A DNA stretch of 64,000 nucleotides from Bigelowiella natans CCMP2755. Lineage: Eukaryota > Protista > Cercozoa. How positions within the stretch are numbered: the stretch's first letter is position 1; each line of letters opens with the position of its first letter. The stretch lies in the NCBI GenBank assembly GCA_000320545.1, contig ADNK01002450.1, forward strand, positions 23,930-87,929, written 5' to 3'. A model generated the notes under the pieces. It saw only the letters and a program-made list of their open reading frames with translations, ran no database searches and was not told where the DNA came from. The translations under genes and the position numbers were made by a program. Shown here in pieces: positions 1 to 14,790 of the stretch.

Positions 1-3000
1 GCGATCAGGAGGAGCTATCTCTCGCCTAATTTCTTCAGATTCCTCTTCACTTCCTATGTAGGTTCATAATGCATCAACTGGTCAGAAGGACGATGGATTT
101 ACTCAAAATCTCTTTCCTCACCAGAAATTGCATCGAAGAGTCCTTCGTTCACATCATTGTTGCCAATTAGATCTTCAACCATCTGCGACCAGTGATGTTT
201 GCTGCTGCAGAGTCCATAGTAGTCATAATATGTTCCAATTGTATCTCAACAGAAATACAGAAATCTTCACAACGAGAGACTACTCGAGAAACGCTGATCG
301 TATATCTCAAGAAAATATTTACAAATAGATGTTTTGATTATTCTAAATCTACCTACTGGCCAAAGGTACAGAAATGGAGTTTGGTGCTTCCGCACTCGCG
401 CGGGGGACTTTTCCTAGCTTTCGAAGCTTGGGGGTGAATACGTGCGACCTTTAAAGTAGCGATTACGATCAGAATCGGTGAAATTATCAAATGTCATCTG
501 GAAAACTCCAAATACAAAGTCTGATGAATCATTAAATGCTTTTCACTGTTTGATCTACCACTAGGACCTTATATAACATTTCATAATATTCTTAAAATTT
601 TGATACTATTGTTCCTATTTTTGTCGCAAAAATTTGCTGTCATGTCGCTCTTATCTTCATTTGAAAGCACAACGCCACGTATTACTTTTTAAACTGTATC
701 GGAGTGTAAGCCTGCTGCTCCTCGAAATGCCTCGGAGTGAGCAGCATGTTGTGATCTATGTTTCGAAAAACGTCGTGATGTTTCTGATAGATCGCCTTGC
801 GCGTCTTAACAATGTAGGTTAGCAGCCTCCTTTTCGATGTTCCAATGACTTCTGGCATTAAAGGATGCCATAACCAGCAATGGGAGTTCCAGACTAATCT
901 GCAATAGGTAAAAAACAAGGGCTGTCAAACAAAATAATCTTAGAATAGCTGCTATCTATGTGCGAGAACTCAGAGCCCATCGTTCCTGTAAATCTCGATT
1001 GACTTCTTTGCTTCATTGGACAAATGGTGTAAGCAAAACAAACAAGAGTAGGTTTCAACGGTACCTTTGCATTCTAGATTCGTAGAAAGGAATCATACGG
1101 AAGCTGTCTTCATGATATCGACGACGGTATCCACGGTTGGCATTCACATAGTTCTCACTGCCATCTCCGCCAACACCATCGTTAAGATATTGTGAAGTAG
1201 ACTCGCGTTGTTGATATTCGTCATTGTAGCCATCGTTGTAACTTACAAAGTCGCTAGTCGGATCTTCCGACGAAAAGTCAGGATGTGCGAAGTATTTTCG
1301 TATGAAGCTTTGTACTTTTCCTGAGAGAGCTACTTGGGAAATGCTTTCAATTGAGCAGTAGACAAATTAGGATATTTCTCTAGTATCCGATAATAGATAT
1401 TAAAAAGTTATTGCGCAACACACGTGTTTTTGCAATCACCATGATTGTATTGTGCATCTTGTACACTGCAGACCATATAAGTACGAAATTGTTATTCTAG
1501 AGAGACTATACATAGTTATATATAGTTATACAATGGAAGGCCATGTCAAAGGGCTTTCAAGAAGCTCAATATTTTTGTATCTGAATCATTCGAATACTCT
1601 AAGATGGCTTTGTTCGTAAGGATGTCTAATACCTCTCCTCTGTACGTATTTGGACAATATCTCTCAGAAGACCCTCGAAAACTTCCTGAGACACATATTA
1701 AAGAATACAGACTTGAATACTAATGATATCATTAAAGGTGTAGGATATGCTCTCACTGATGCAGCGGGACGTCATCCACAGTATAATCATTGTGATTGTG
1801 TAAACATCGAAACAATCTGGTGCTATATTTGTTCCAGTGCTTTCGAGGGAATAAGGCAACACGTGAGTGTGTTTTCTGATAACTGTTGTATTACCTGTAT
1901 AAATCTCTGATGCCTCTTTGGGCGAGAGGTGACCATTTCCATGAAGGAGCTTAATCTGATGGTCAATCATAAATATCGATATAGTATTATGTACCTTTTT
2001 TTGTCTAATCTGAGTGTGGCCATCGATTTTAACCTTGGTCTTAACGTTTTCACAGAGGGTAGCTTGGATTCAGGAGTATAGTCTTCCTTTGCCTTGGCCA
2101 TTCGACGATGATGGCCGTTCTGGAATCTGTTTCCATCATAAGTATGCCACTATAGAATAGATTGATACCAAATGCTTCTAACATTTATCTGCTTCGAAAT
2201 TTGGCTGAATATGCCAGGATTGCTTTCATACTTATATACACATATAGCTACCATTTGAAGTTTTTGTTTGAGTATACTTTATTTCAATCATGCCCATAAC
2301 GGTGCAGTTTAGCTAGAAATGGTGCATCACCTTTTAAAGTCTTCATAAGCGCACGCCCAATCAAGGAGTGGATCTTCGGCTAGATCGCCATCGAAAGTAT
2401 CAAAAATCTTATTGGAACACATCAAGAAACAGAATAAGTTGTTTTTTTGGAGGAATATTTATGTTTCAACTCATTCAAGCAACGCCCACACACACGCACA
2501 CACACACACACACACAAGCAAAGACCCTTTTTCAAACAAAAGTTCTATCTATATCCCATCAATGTGATCGATACTATGTAGTCTTCTCTTACAAATCATA
2601 CATCTTTCTCGCCAAATATTTTCCATAGCTCAGGCTGGTGACTATATCTTATTATTAAAACATACCATCAGCTATAATAACCTATAAGGCTTGAAACGAT
2701 GATAATATCTTTCTTTACTGACGACAAAACAATAAAATCCATACCTTCTGTTTTCCGTTTTAAAAGCGTGCTTAACGTCATCGAAATGGATATCACTCTC
2801 ATTGTCCTTGATTTGTGTCTCTCCTTCGTTGTGATGGGAAACATGCAATGTGGACTTATGAAACAACATCCCGAGAATCGATACGCATTGAGACAATTTT
2901 TCATTTTATGATTTTATTATTATAATCAACGATCAATGACAGTCTATAAAATATACGTCATAATGCGAACGAAGTAGGATAACAATAATACCATTTTCCT

Positions 3001-6000
3001 GGCCGTCAGCAACGAACGGACCTTGCTCCCGTATTTGGAGGTATCTTAAGTACAAAGATGAAAAAGGAAGTATATCGTTGGTAAAGCATGTTTGAACAAT
3101 CATACTAAAACTAAAAAGAATATACAGAAAAGCTTCACCTGAAAATCTATTCGTTCCAATGTATATATTTAAACATTAGGATTATTAATTAAGGTATCCG
3201 ACCTCTTAAGCACTGCAGGACCACGAATGGCATGCAACACGAAGAGCTCTGTCTCGCCGCTCATCCCAATGGTAACCGGAGCGCCAAATGGTGGGTTAGT
3301 TTTGGTTCCTTCTTTGTGGTCTTCATTTTTGACTTCCTCCCTGTTCTTCATTGACTTAGAGATGAACTTTGAAACGGTCTGACGCATGCTAGTTGTGGAG
3401 ATGGCCACGTCAACTATCGCCTAGATACCCGCGAGAAAGCGTAGAAATTAAGGGAATAGTTAGGAAAGATAGGAAATATAGGCATATGAGTTATTGTAAT
3501 CGGAATTGTGCTCAAAACCTTTGAAAGCTATTTAGTTAATCAGGGATGTACAGTAAAAAATACTGCAATGATGTGAATTTACGTCGATACCATATGATTT
3601 AAGAACTAGGTTCTTGGTTACTTAAACCTCAGGCAGAAAATATTCTAGAAAGACCTTTAGTGTTGCTCGAGCAAATCGTGTGCGCATGTTTGCCCGCCAT
3701 GTGTTTACAAAAATATCTCTTGCCTTCTCGAATGATGTTTCTAAAACATAGATAATGAAGATATTTGCGACGATGTATTTTCGATCTCATTTTAAAGCAC
3801 AAGCGAACCACTCATTTTTCAATATTAAACATACATGTCGCAAATTGCACGTAATTATAAACATCTACTTCTAGACTTGCATTATATCTTCGATCTTCGT
3901 GAAAGGTGTTCTCATGTGTTTAGACGCATCATCATCATCAGCATCATCATCATCATCATCATGTGGTAAGATCCAAAGTAATTGCCTCCAAGATTCTGTT
4001 CTTCGTCCCCTTCTTCTTCCCCAGATTTCACGTCAATATCATCCTCGTCGGATTTCATATCGTTCGAGACTGAAATAATGACAGTATGATTCACAATTTT
4101 GGTTGCATTCGTACTTCAGAATAACCTTCACCTACCTTCCCTGGCACTTCGTTCTTGTTGCCGCTGTTTAGGTTTGGTTATCGTATTCTTTGCATCTGGT
4201 TTTGTTCTTGCCACAAAATCTCCAAACAAATTTCGCCTGGTAATGTACTCTTCGCGCATTATTTTGGCTCTTTTTTCTATACAGTAATGCCCAATCTGTA
4301 GCAGCCATTCACATCCTCCTGACATCACCATGCCTCCTTCATCTTGCTGCATCCTATTCGTAGAATGATGGGTACTAATTTCTTCAGAACTTTGGCGATT
4401 TTTCTCATCCGTGCCAGTCGTGGCTCTATTCCCCTCGAACAATCTGTAATTAGAATGACGATGTACAATTTTAAATAGGATTATCATAAATTTAGTTGTC
4501 TTGGAGAAGATCTGATTTGTTCTTCACAACAACAAAATCTGATGAAACAGTATCATGCACGAAGTATTCCTTCTCGTGTTCTTACCTTTTGACCAATTCC
4601 CTTGACTTTGGATGCTGGTCGTCAGTAATTAAACTGAGCAATCTATATATTTCAGCACGGTGTAGATACTTTACGTCTTTAAGACCATAATTCAAAATCA
4701 ATCTCCAACTTCTGAACGACGCAATAAAAGAGCGTGTGCTGTAGAGAACAGCCAAAAAGCTAATCGTTCAAAATTTCTGTTTTCTGAAGTGAAATTAAAA
4801 AAAATATATGATCGTTACCGACGCATTCGCAACTTAAGATGGACGACGACTTCATAGAGCGTAGACATGTCTTTGACCTCAATAGTCCCCTGGGTAAATC
4901 GACGACAAACGTCGCGCGTCATTGCTTTTCCACAGAAGTATTCATCAGATAGGAGCGGCGAAGCAAGCACATGACTCATCGTTGCGGTGATTGTTGCGCG
5001 GGAAAGTCCCTTTGATAGAGCGAGAAAGTACCTTTTAGTAAGAAAGAAATATTCTTGAATACATGTTGGAAAATATTGAACAAATACTATCGATATGTCT
5101 CAGCATTCGGCATCTCTTTACCAATCTTTCTTTGAGTAAAATCTAAGAAAACGATGTTTGGATAATAGTAACTAAAACTGTAATAAACTTCACTTATCGT
5201 GCAATATGTGTGTAACATTTGGTATTCTATAATTTTCTCTGATCAAAATAAAATCTCTAGCATCCTTCCTGGCAACATCTTACATCTCGCCGGCCAGTGT
5301 GGAGCGAGATAATAAATCTGTGCCGGTCTGTGTAATTCCAAACATAATATTTTACTTCGCTAGATTCGTTGAAAATACTAAGCAGTCACTATTATTGTTG
5401 TACTATAAGTATTATGTTACCATTCCAGATAGTAGTGGGTTAAACAAATACTCCAATATCATCTTAAAGAGCACCAAAAAGCTGCCAAATTATCAACAAA
5501 GGCCAGTAAAAATTAACCATACTAATATGCCGCATGGATTTGTTCGAGAAGAAAAATAGTCTTCGGAATTTAAAATTGAAGTAAAGCAAGGAAGCATAGT
5601 ATAGTATGTGGTAACCATTACTTGATAAATTACAATATCCAAATCACGCATCGTTCAATATCATCCCTGACATTTCCCCAATGTAAAGTACTGTATGCAC
5701 ATATTAGTAAATAGTAATAGCACCGTAGTCGTCCTGCTTCTTTGGTCAGATCATACACCTTGAAGACCAACTCCAAGAATGATTTTTCTGGCTCATGAAA
5801 GCGATCCCCAAAGTCACTACTTCGCCGTCGTTTGTGGCCGTATTCAGTGTGCAGAATTTTGAAGAGAACAGCAAGCCGCGAAGGATCCAAATACCTTCAT
5901 GTATAATTCAACGTTACGGTTTTCAAATGCTACAACTAGTTTACGATGTGGCGTCTGTTTAGTGGACAAGAAATGCTAGTTTTTAAGCTCTCACATCTAT

Positions 6001-6214
6001 TACTTGCCCGTTCCTGCTTTTGTCTTATGGATTAAAGGTGTGCAAATCATGTTATCGCCCGAAAATTAATATTCATATGTATAATGATCGTACAAGCGAT
6101 TTAGAGTCTCTTCGAAACCGCTCAAAAAAGGGGCGGGTTCCTGGTGCGAGATAATGATATTTAGTCAAAAGTAACCGGATTATTGTTCGAAGACCATTTA
6201 AATATTATATGTAC

Positions 6215-6251
<37 letters not shown>

Positions 6252-7239
6252 TGTTTTGACATTTTCAGTCAACCAGTTTGCCTTCGGATTTTCTAGCACC
6301 TCCATCTCTACCGTCGTCAATGTGGTATAAACCCTTAATCCTTGAAATGCGCGTTTTTAGTGCGGATTTAAGACTCATTTTCTTCGCTTCTCTTGCATCG
6401 AAATGGCCGCAAATCTATTATTAGTGAAAGTCTTTATAAAATACAAGTGTGATGAATCTGCGTAGTTTCAAAATTTCACCTAGGGAATACATGTCTACTA
6501 CATACCATGTGAGAGTACAACCTCGAATGTCATCAAGCGATACGATTGCTCCAAAGATGTGATACTGTTGGGATCCGATAAATCATTAAAAAAATCCAGT
6601 TCAAATATTTATAAATCAACAGAATACTCAGCCTTACGTCCCCCAAAATATCCAATTTGGTACATCAGCAATAGAACGCATTCGGACTCTTCAATCCTCT
6701 CGTCTCTAGATCGTGGCAATAATAAGTAATTATAGCCCCATATTACTACCTCTGGCGCAAATCATCCGCTAGTAGTTGCTGCTTGCCAAACTGAGCTAGG
6801 GAGCTCTGGGAGGGGGTCAATGGTGCAAATGATGATGAAAACAATGGAAGAGGCAGCATTTCGGCATTTTCGATTTGCTGGTCGGAAGTTTTTACGGCAG
6901 CTTGTGATTTGAGGCCTCCATTATAGCTATCAGTTTTGTTTTTGAAAAAAAAACCAAGTGGACTTGGAATACTAATTGAGCCGATACCTGTGGTTCGAAT
7001 ACCTACGCAAATTTGCAATGCTTCAGCTTTTTTTCGCGAGTCATTCGTACAAAGTTATGACGATGTGCACTACAACAAAGTAAAATCTGTATGATATTTT
7101 AATTAATCGGTTGCCTCTTGTCACTACAAACCAAGCTTTCCATAGAGAGCGTTTCCCCTAAATAAGGGCGAGCAAAATTGAGTATAGTCATCAAACTAAA
7201 GTCATTAGTATTCTTTATGCTCTTGCACCAAGTAATAAG

Positions 7240-7283
<44 letters not shown>

Positions 7284-8029
7284 TTACCAGGAGAAAACGT
7301 GGCCTGTTTTCGTATTGATAGCCAAAGTGTGCGTGTCTCCGCACGAAATAGAATCGCATAATTGTAACGAAGACAGCAGTTCGCCCTAAGAAATCACGAC
7401 AGAATGCTGTTAATGTTTCGAATTTCAAATCGTGACAATAGATATGAATAATTCATAAATTTTGGAGTTTCATTTAATTGAAATTAAGCATATATGGTTT
7501 AGGTGCAGGGAAGGGTAGTACCCGATTGTCTTCGAATTCCTCGTGATTTGAAAGCTTTGATGTATAAACAGGCTAAAATGGCACAAGAGGCAAAAGCAAA
7601 ATATGTTATAACATAGCAATGCATTGTGCATAAGCGTAATAGTCGTCATTACATAACAGTTCTTTATTATTAATGACCTGTGGCAGCATTCCTTTAAGTT
7701 GATTTCGGCTTTTATTATCCCCATTCGCCTTGTTACCGTAGTTATAACTTTTGGCTGTAAGCGCTCCAACATCGCGATGTAACTTGTCTCCAAGCTGACT
7801 AGCAGCAATCTCATCTCCTATGAGAGTTTAAAGTTAGTTTTAGGATCTATATGAAGACATACCATTCATTGTTTTAATTTTTTTTTTATTAATTCCAAAA
7901 TTATATGTGGATGTGGGTTTGCTTCTGCACTATTCAGTTATGAAAATGCAAAGATGTGCAAATGAATGGACTAAATCTTGACTAATGATAGTCTCGCATG
8001 GAACATCAGTAAGCAGTATAAAATTCGAT

Positions 8030-8089
<60 letters not shown>

Positions 8090-8239
8090 CTTATTATTGG
8101 TAGTTATGGACCAATTCCGAGCCTGCCAAAGCTTCCATCTCCCCAAGCAAACATGCGAAGATTGCCATTTACTTTGATAACCTCCGTATTACAATAATGA
8201 ATAAATGCAATGTATGGAAGAGTTTATAACCATACCAGC

Positions 8240-8275
<36 letters not shown>

Positions 8276-10738
8276 AATAAAAACTAAAGATTACAGTGAA
8301 AATTAGCTGATAACGTATCAGGTTTATAAATAGTATAAAAGAAATGAAATGTTGAAACCTGTGAGAAGATGAATTAATAAACAAAAGTAATGCTGTTCTT
8401 TACCGCAACTGCATGCGTCTTTCCGACTGACAAATCCTCAAAACGCAAACTGTGCACCCAACCATCTTCGTTGCTATGGTATAAGAAAATTTGTAGCAGC
8501 AAAAACATTGTTATAAAGAAATGCAAACTCTGATTGTGACCAAGGATAATGAAACGACTCTTCAAAGGTTTAATTGGTATTGAACAATGAAACGTGGATG
8601 GGCATGCCTTGCTAGAGTAGCATGAAGAACATATTCTTCAAAATCCGAGACCTAAAGGTTAAATAATGAATTTTCCTTTATTTCTGAATCTCTACTTTCG
8701 TTATCAATTCGTCGCTAGTACCCGCTCTGGTGTAGAAGCTCTAAGTGTATTTGGCAACAAGCCACGGGGCATTCCCCAAACAAAAAGCATCTCCTTTGCA
8801 TCCTCCACCTCCCCCAATAACTCTGCAGAAATGCGTAAACATTCGTCATAATTTCATAGTGGTACTCTTGTATTATAAAACTTTCTCATCCTAACCCTCC
8901 TCCTTTGAAGAGATGACGCGCTTGGACACTACAGCAAGCGAACAACTGCCGCCACCCTTCACCATCTTTATGTTATGAGAGGCGGGAAGTACCGAACGCT
9001 TTTCGGGGGAGACCAACTCTGAGTGGTCTCGGAAGTGGGCTAGTGGAAGGTGCTTCAAACGCGTTTGATATGTGCCTTTGTTGCAGTCAAGAATCTGACG
9101 ATGCAAAGAACAAACTTAAAACCATTGAGAAAGCTTGTTATTCGGGACGGAATGGGTTGATCGGGTTGGTTGATATACGAACAACCCATATGTCAATCAT
9201 TACGCATACGTACGTCGGTAAAGATTTTAAGTTACCCCAAGCTGAAACTTGGAGTTATCGCCACAGACAAAGCTAGTATAGGAAGCGAAACGATGAGACT
9301 ACAGGAAAAAGTAAGGTTGTTGCTGCTAAGATCAATGCAGTTAAAATTCGATGAATTTGTTTAAGCAATGATTCATTGGGTTGCCTTATGAAAAAAATCT
9401 CCAATAAACGAGAATAGCGTAGTGTTGTGCAAGCAAGATGTACAAAACTTGAAAAACTAGTTGTCGTAATTCCGCGTTTCGATACACATCCTATTTTTTG
9501 GCTTTGCAGCGAATAAAATATATTTGTTACCAGAATGTTATTTTTTATTTTGTTCAACGTTCATTAATTTAATTTTCAATTTACAGCAAATTGGTTTTCT
9601 TCGTGCGAGCTTCTTGGTTTCCTATTGGCTGTGAGACCGCTTTGTGCTTGATATCTAACTGTGAATTGCTAATCTTAAAGTCTTCATTGTTTCCCCAAGA
9701 TCATTTGTTCCAGATAAACCAATGCATTACGAAAAGAATAATGAACGTACTCAGAATCGCAAAACAAACATCTCTTTAGTGAGTGCACTAGGTAGCTAGT
9801 TAGGTATATATTTGTTTGCTTTGTTACCAAGATTTATGCTATTAAGTGCTCGTATTCTCTTCTTCTCGCGTTCGTCGTCCTTCACAACAGTCACAAGGAT
9901 GAGAGTGTGTGATGTTCCAAGGGAGGGAATAATGGCTTCAACTCTAGTTTTTGGTCCTACGTATTGTGTTAGTATTAGTCATATTTATATAAACAAATGC
10001 ATATTCATCCTTCAATAGTTTACTAACGATCATACCTTTATTAGCAGCCGGCAATGGCAAATGAACCTAAACATCGTTATTGAGACTAAGAATCGGTAAA
10101 AAGCAAGTGCTATGCTATTACGACTCTGCACGCCTCGCTGCATAAACGATGGCGTACAACACCGGACATGCCACCCGCTTTGTATTGCTCTGTTATGCTG
10201 CACATTCCTTCATCTTTTGTGAAAGAGGGGCACTTCATTTCGTCTACATGTGGTCATTCTCACCACCACTGGGCCTGGGATGCAGCTGCTGCTGCTGCTG
10301 CTGCTGTCAGTCGTCTAAGAGTGGATATGTTTCACATTTAGGAAAAGGAATAAGGATATCGCATCAGCCGCACCGCAGACGTATAAGCACAACATAGCAG
10401 CAGAAACTTCGGTAGATGTGAGAGTGTGTACGTGCATCTTGACCAGGATGGCCTTGTTATCTTCTCCTTGTACTTGATCCGTTCCCACCTGGCCTTTATC
10501 GTTCAGACCCCACATGTACAGCAACGCTTGAGCTATATAGTTTCATATTCGTAATTTCGACATAACCACGTAACTTCTTTGGAACAATACACAGAACTTC
10601 GCAGGGCATTTGCCAGGGTAAATTGCTAATTTCAGGGCAAGTATCAAATTTTAAGTGTAAAACTAAACATACTGATATAATAATATTAGTATCTTGGTGA
10701 GGAATATCGATTGGATATCTTGCGAAGTAGACGATGAT

Positions 10739-10795
<57 letters not shown>

Positions 10796-11890
10796 GGTGT
10801 GCAATACGTGCGTCTCGCATCATAAGACATGCAAAGGAGTACTACCGGCCTCTCCAATATTCCCACTTGCTGCAGAATGGAAGCTTCCACAGTCAACGTG
10901 CTCGATCTTGAGATGAAATGATAAAAACATTAGTGAACCTTGCGTCTTATTTCTCTACACACAGTGAAGTAGCGTATCGATAAAAATCTAGGCAAGCGAC
11001 ACCGCTAGGAAGAGTCCGTTTATTGAGATCGCTTTGGATATTTATCGGCCAATATAAACCGTTTCAATGCAGTTTGTGTTTTGGTTCAAAGACTGTGGAG
11101 GAGCTACCTTCACTCCTTGCAACGAATCAATGACACACGGAAATGCGCGGTCTTTCATGTCCGCCAACCCTAATTGGCCTTTGTTGTTCGAGCCCTGCAA
11201 GCATATGGCGACGACTTAGAGCTAGGTCGTCTTTATAGACTGATCAACGATTTCTCCTCTTCGCTGAAACAGATCGCCTTGAATATTTGTTCTAAATGCT
11301 GATTTATCATTATTCGCATATACATGCTCGCTGCGAACCAACCCATGAATAAGCTATGTTGTTGGCGTCAATAGCAAGCGTATGGAGATCCCCGCATGCT
11401 ATCTGTTTGATGCGAGTGCGGGTTCTGCCTCCTTTGCTGAACTGTACCCTGCGATGTGAAATTTTAGTAAGGTTGCGTGCATCGCTAAGAAACCTGTGAT
11501 ACAACTTCCCCCCTCCACCCTTTCGTGTGTGATGCTCAACGAGGACTTACTCACCTGAGCGGCATGAAGCTGTTTTTGATGTTTCCTGGTAAGCCTTTGT
11601 TGTCAGCGGAGATGTTGTCGCTATCCCTTCCCTCTTTCGCATTGTGGTGGCCTACTCCAAGCTGGCCCCGCGTGTTATCACCCCATGAAAAAGCAGAACC
11701 GTCTCGGCACACCGCAATGGAGTGGTTGGCACCTGCTGCCACCTACAAATTGAGTAAATCAAGGCAACCTACTATGCACTATAACCTTGGAAGATACCTG
11801 ATTGATAACGATTCAACACCGCGAAAGAAAATATGCAGAGAGAAAATGGGAGGGGGGAGGATGCGGGGGTTGGACCTTTGCTGCCAGCAT
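1..11890 (-). CDS. Giant multi-exon RCC1-repeat protein (RCC1 blades ~7100-11890; long C-terminal region, possibly RasGAP-like); 3' end lies outside the window
   Basis: Spliced exons give RCC1 blades: MLAAK|VAAGANHSIAVCRDGSAFSWGDNTRGQLG (11890-11650), IKQIACGDLHTLAIDANNIAYSW|GSNNKGQLG (11430-11160), IEHVDCGSFHSAA, LYMWGLNDKGQVG, FVCGDNSKFQLG (~9240-9270), LSVGKTHAVA, MFAWGDGSFGRLG (~8110-8150), ISCGDTHTLAINTKTGHVFSW|GNALYGKLG (7350-7130). Further open, GT-AG-bounded exons continue to position 1 (e.g. 1062-1322, 686-897, ~122-245). Start codon tentative. Confidence 0.8.
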
Positions 11891-12452
11891 TTTGTTGGTT
11901 TTTCTTCGATGTGAGTGCGAAGCTCACAAGAAATGATTGTGATGCTATACCAAAGGACTGATAAAGATCAACGAGAACCCATAAACCTATGCACCTTTCT
12001 TTTATATAGCTGCAATACTTATGTGTGGTTTCGGTCAACAGGGAGGGGGAGGAGGGGAGGGCAGATCGGAAGACGCAAAAGCAAGACGAAGATCGGTTTT
12101 GAGGCATGAAGACCGCTTCCGAAGGTAAACAAAAAAGCAGGCGATTTTTATATGATTATTCTTCCGATTCGTGTCGCACTTGTAAAACGCGTTCAAAACA
12201 GTCAAAAATAGTCGCTCTAGATGCCCTCGGTGTAAGACCGAACAGAATCTCCCAATGCCGGCGCTATGGCAGATGGCATTCAAGCTGCGTTTAAACCCCC
12301 CCTCGCCCGTTGAAAGTGCACAGTTGGATGTTGTTATCGCTTTCTTTGTTTTTGTCCTACGTTGCGGGATCATAGAACCGTTCTCTCCCCCGCCCTCATT
12401 CTCCTATCATCATGAAGGCCGAAAACTAGAGCTGTTCCGCGAGTGGCAAGGA

Positions 12453-14073
12453 ATGAAAGAGTCAGATACCGAGGTTAGGCTACTGCTAATTTAGGAGAAG
12501 AATTGGCGGCTGCATAGGGTGTCTCAGTAATACCAAAAAATGGAAGATAAACCCTCCATTGCGAGACTTATTTGGGGTCGGATGATTTCAAATGATGCAC
12601 AGGAGGTTCTAAAGGCGCTCACCGCAAAGGACGAGTACCCCCAAGACTCAGAGGAAGTTGTTGCGCCTCTGAAAACAATGGTAATACCGTAACTTTGTCC
12701 TGATGAGGCTGGTGGCCCGAATAGATTGCTTTAACATTTCGCCCACGCTCGCTCTCCATTTAAAAGGCGCAAAAGCTCGAAGACGGCGACTCACACTTCG
12801 TGAGGGAGGAGGAGGATCCAGGTAGCAGCATCGTGTGTGTATATCTTCTGAGAGCCATTGCAAAAAACATGGCGAGATCGTTGTTTGTGCGGTCACTATA
12901 TGTCATCAACCAGTGCATTATTCGCTCGAAGAGCTGCGTGCCGATGGCCATATTCCGCTCGATGTGATGGTAGGAAAGAATTGTTTCCTTTCACCCAAAA
13001 AACAAACGATGTTTATCGTGGAAGCTGTCTTTTGCTGCTGCTGCAATCATTGCGCTTGTAGGGACAGGAAGTGCTTGTTGGAGACTACATTCGGTACTAT
13101 CGAGATAAGCTGCCTCCCCATAAGCGTGATTCGTCCTGCTACTACAAGGTGTGGTTGGTGCTGTACGTGTGTAGTAACGGAGTAACTCCTTCAAGTTTTA
13201 GAAAGACGATCGAAACAACTGCTTCTTTTATTTCTAATTTCTCGAGTTTGGCCTCGTCGTTCTGCCTCCAACTCTCGATTCGAGTTTGCGTATTTGTACT
13301 TTTTGGTATTATCCAGGTAGTTGATCTCATTCCTATCGAGCAGAAGGCGCAAGGAGGGGCGGGGAAGAATGGCCGAAAGCTTGCTGCGGAACACGAGGAT
13401 CAAAGGCGTAGTTTCATGCGAGGAGAGACGTACTTCACCTGGGAGGTGCTTGCCCTAGTTGAGGAAAATAGGCAAAAAAAAAGGCGGCTGATTTTCTAAA
13501 CTGAATCCCTTCTTGATGAATTCGTTGCGAAGATTGTATCTAAAGCGTCGCTGAGCAAACTCGCGCGCCATTGGATGCCAATGCCAACAGCTTGTTGTTG
13601 TATTCCCTGCAGCTGGTAACGGATAAGGGACGCATACCATTCGATAGAATGGCCTGGCTACGAGTCGATCCTGATGAAGTTTTAAATGTAACACATCAAC
13701 TCATAATACAGAACCGAGAATGCACATATTAAAAGACACATTTCAGTGTTAAATACTTATGAATGGGGTGTGAAGAAGATAAGATGCACAATCATACACG
13801 AATGTAGGCGCCAAAAGCTGATGAAGGAGTTCCGGTGGGTAGCACCTCCACAGATCAAGAGGAATTGACGTAATCTAATGATACTTCAAGAACGCTAATA
13901 ATAGGCGTGACCGCTTGATTGCGATTCAGGGGCTTTGATGCTTCTTCTCTCCAATACAACAATACAAATCTCACATTTTCCTTTGAAACTTTATTCTCCT
14001 CTGATTGTGTGGGTTCTTGCGCTAGACGGGATATGTCTACGAATTCGATATATAATAAATAGACGCGCGCGCG

Positions 14074-14114
<41 letters not shown>

Positions 14115-14388
14115 CCAAAAATATATAGATTGATATGTTGTCTGAGACTCCTCCCCGCTTACGGTTTTCTATCTACCCGCCCTTTTTGCCCCCCCTCCTC
14201 CTCCTTGCCATGGGAAACAATGCAGTCTTTCAGGTCGCACTGCGCGGCAGCAGAAGGCAGCAGCTCGCATTCGTGAGGAGTTTGAGAATGGAACCCCTCG
14301 GAACATGCAGAAAGAGCGTACACAGGGCTTTCATGAACTTGCAGAGCGCGTTAAAGCAGATCAGACATTGAAGGGGAATTGGGGATGA
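12453..14388 (+). CDS. Hypothetical multi-exon protein (start may lie further upstream, ~12040-12260)
   Basis: Phase-consistent GT-AG exons: MKESDTE|EVLKALTAKDEYPQDSEEVVAPLKTM|AQKLEDGDSHFVREEEDP|VHYSLEELRADGHIPLDVM|GQEVLVGDYIRYYRDKLPPHKRDSSCYYK|VVDLIPIEQ...GETYFTWE|LVTDKGRIPFDRMAWLRVDPDE...|GRTARQQKAAARIREEFENG...LKGNWG*. No family recognised. Confidence 0.65.
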
Positions 14389-14755
14389 TTCCAACACTAT
14401 CACGTTTGGCGGCATAACCGTGTATGTTGCGTAAAAATCGCCCCGTGATTCTTCGCATTAACCATCGAAAATTGCATCGTGAAGGTTATTATCTATTTGG
14501 ACCGCGTGCTTTAAATACGCTATCCCATGCGCACGTATGTTAATGTTATTGCGTGGAGGAATCAAGGGCACAAATCCTTATTCATTTTCGCGAGTGGCAA
14601 CTTCACAATCGTGCTCTCAAAAGAGCGTGAGCGTGTACTGCAGCGCATGTTTTGTAAAGCCAAACCAGCAAATACTTTACATGAAAGTTGCAGGCATGGC
14701 GCATCACTCGCGCTAACTAGCTAGCACTATCTAGCTATAGACATACGTATATATA

Positions 14756-14790
<35 letters not shown>

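Noticed and set aside
1-9800. AT-rich region of short broken ORFs suggesting a decayed virus or transposon
   Set aside because: The fragments are GT-AG-bounded exons continuing the RCC1 gene; no RT, transposase or capsid motifs seen.
12648-13694. Chain of minus-strand ORFs including CWHWHP, resembling CWLWHP in the RCC1 gene exon at ~870
   Set aside because: The + strand has a coherent phase-consistent spliced gene here and the motif falls in one of its introns; treated as a shadow-ORF coincidence.
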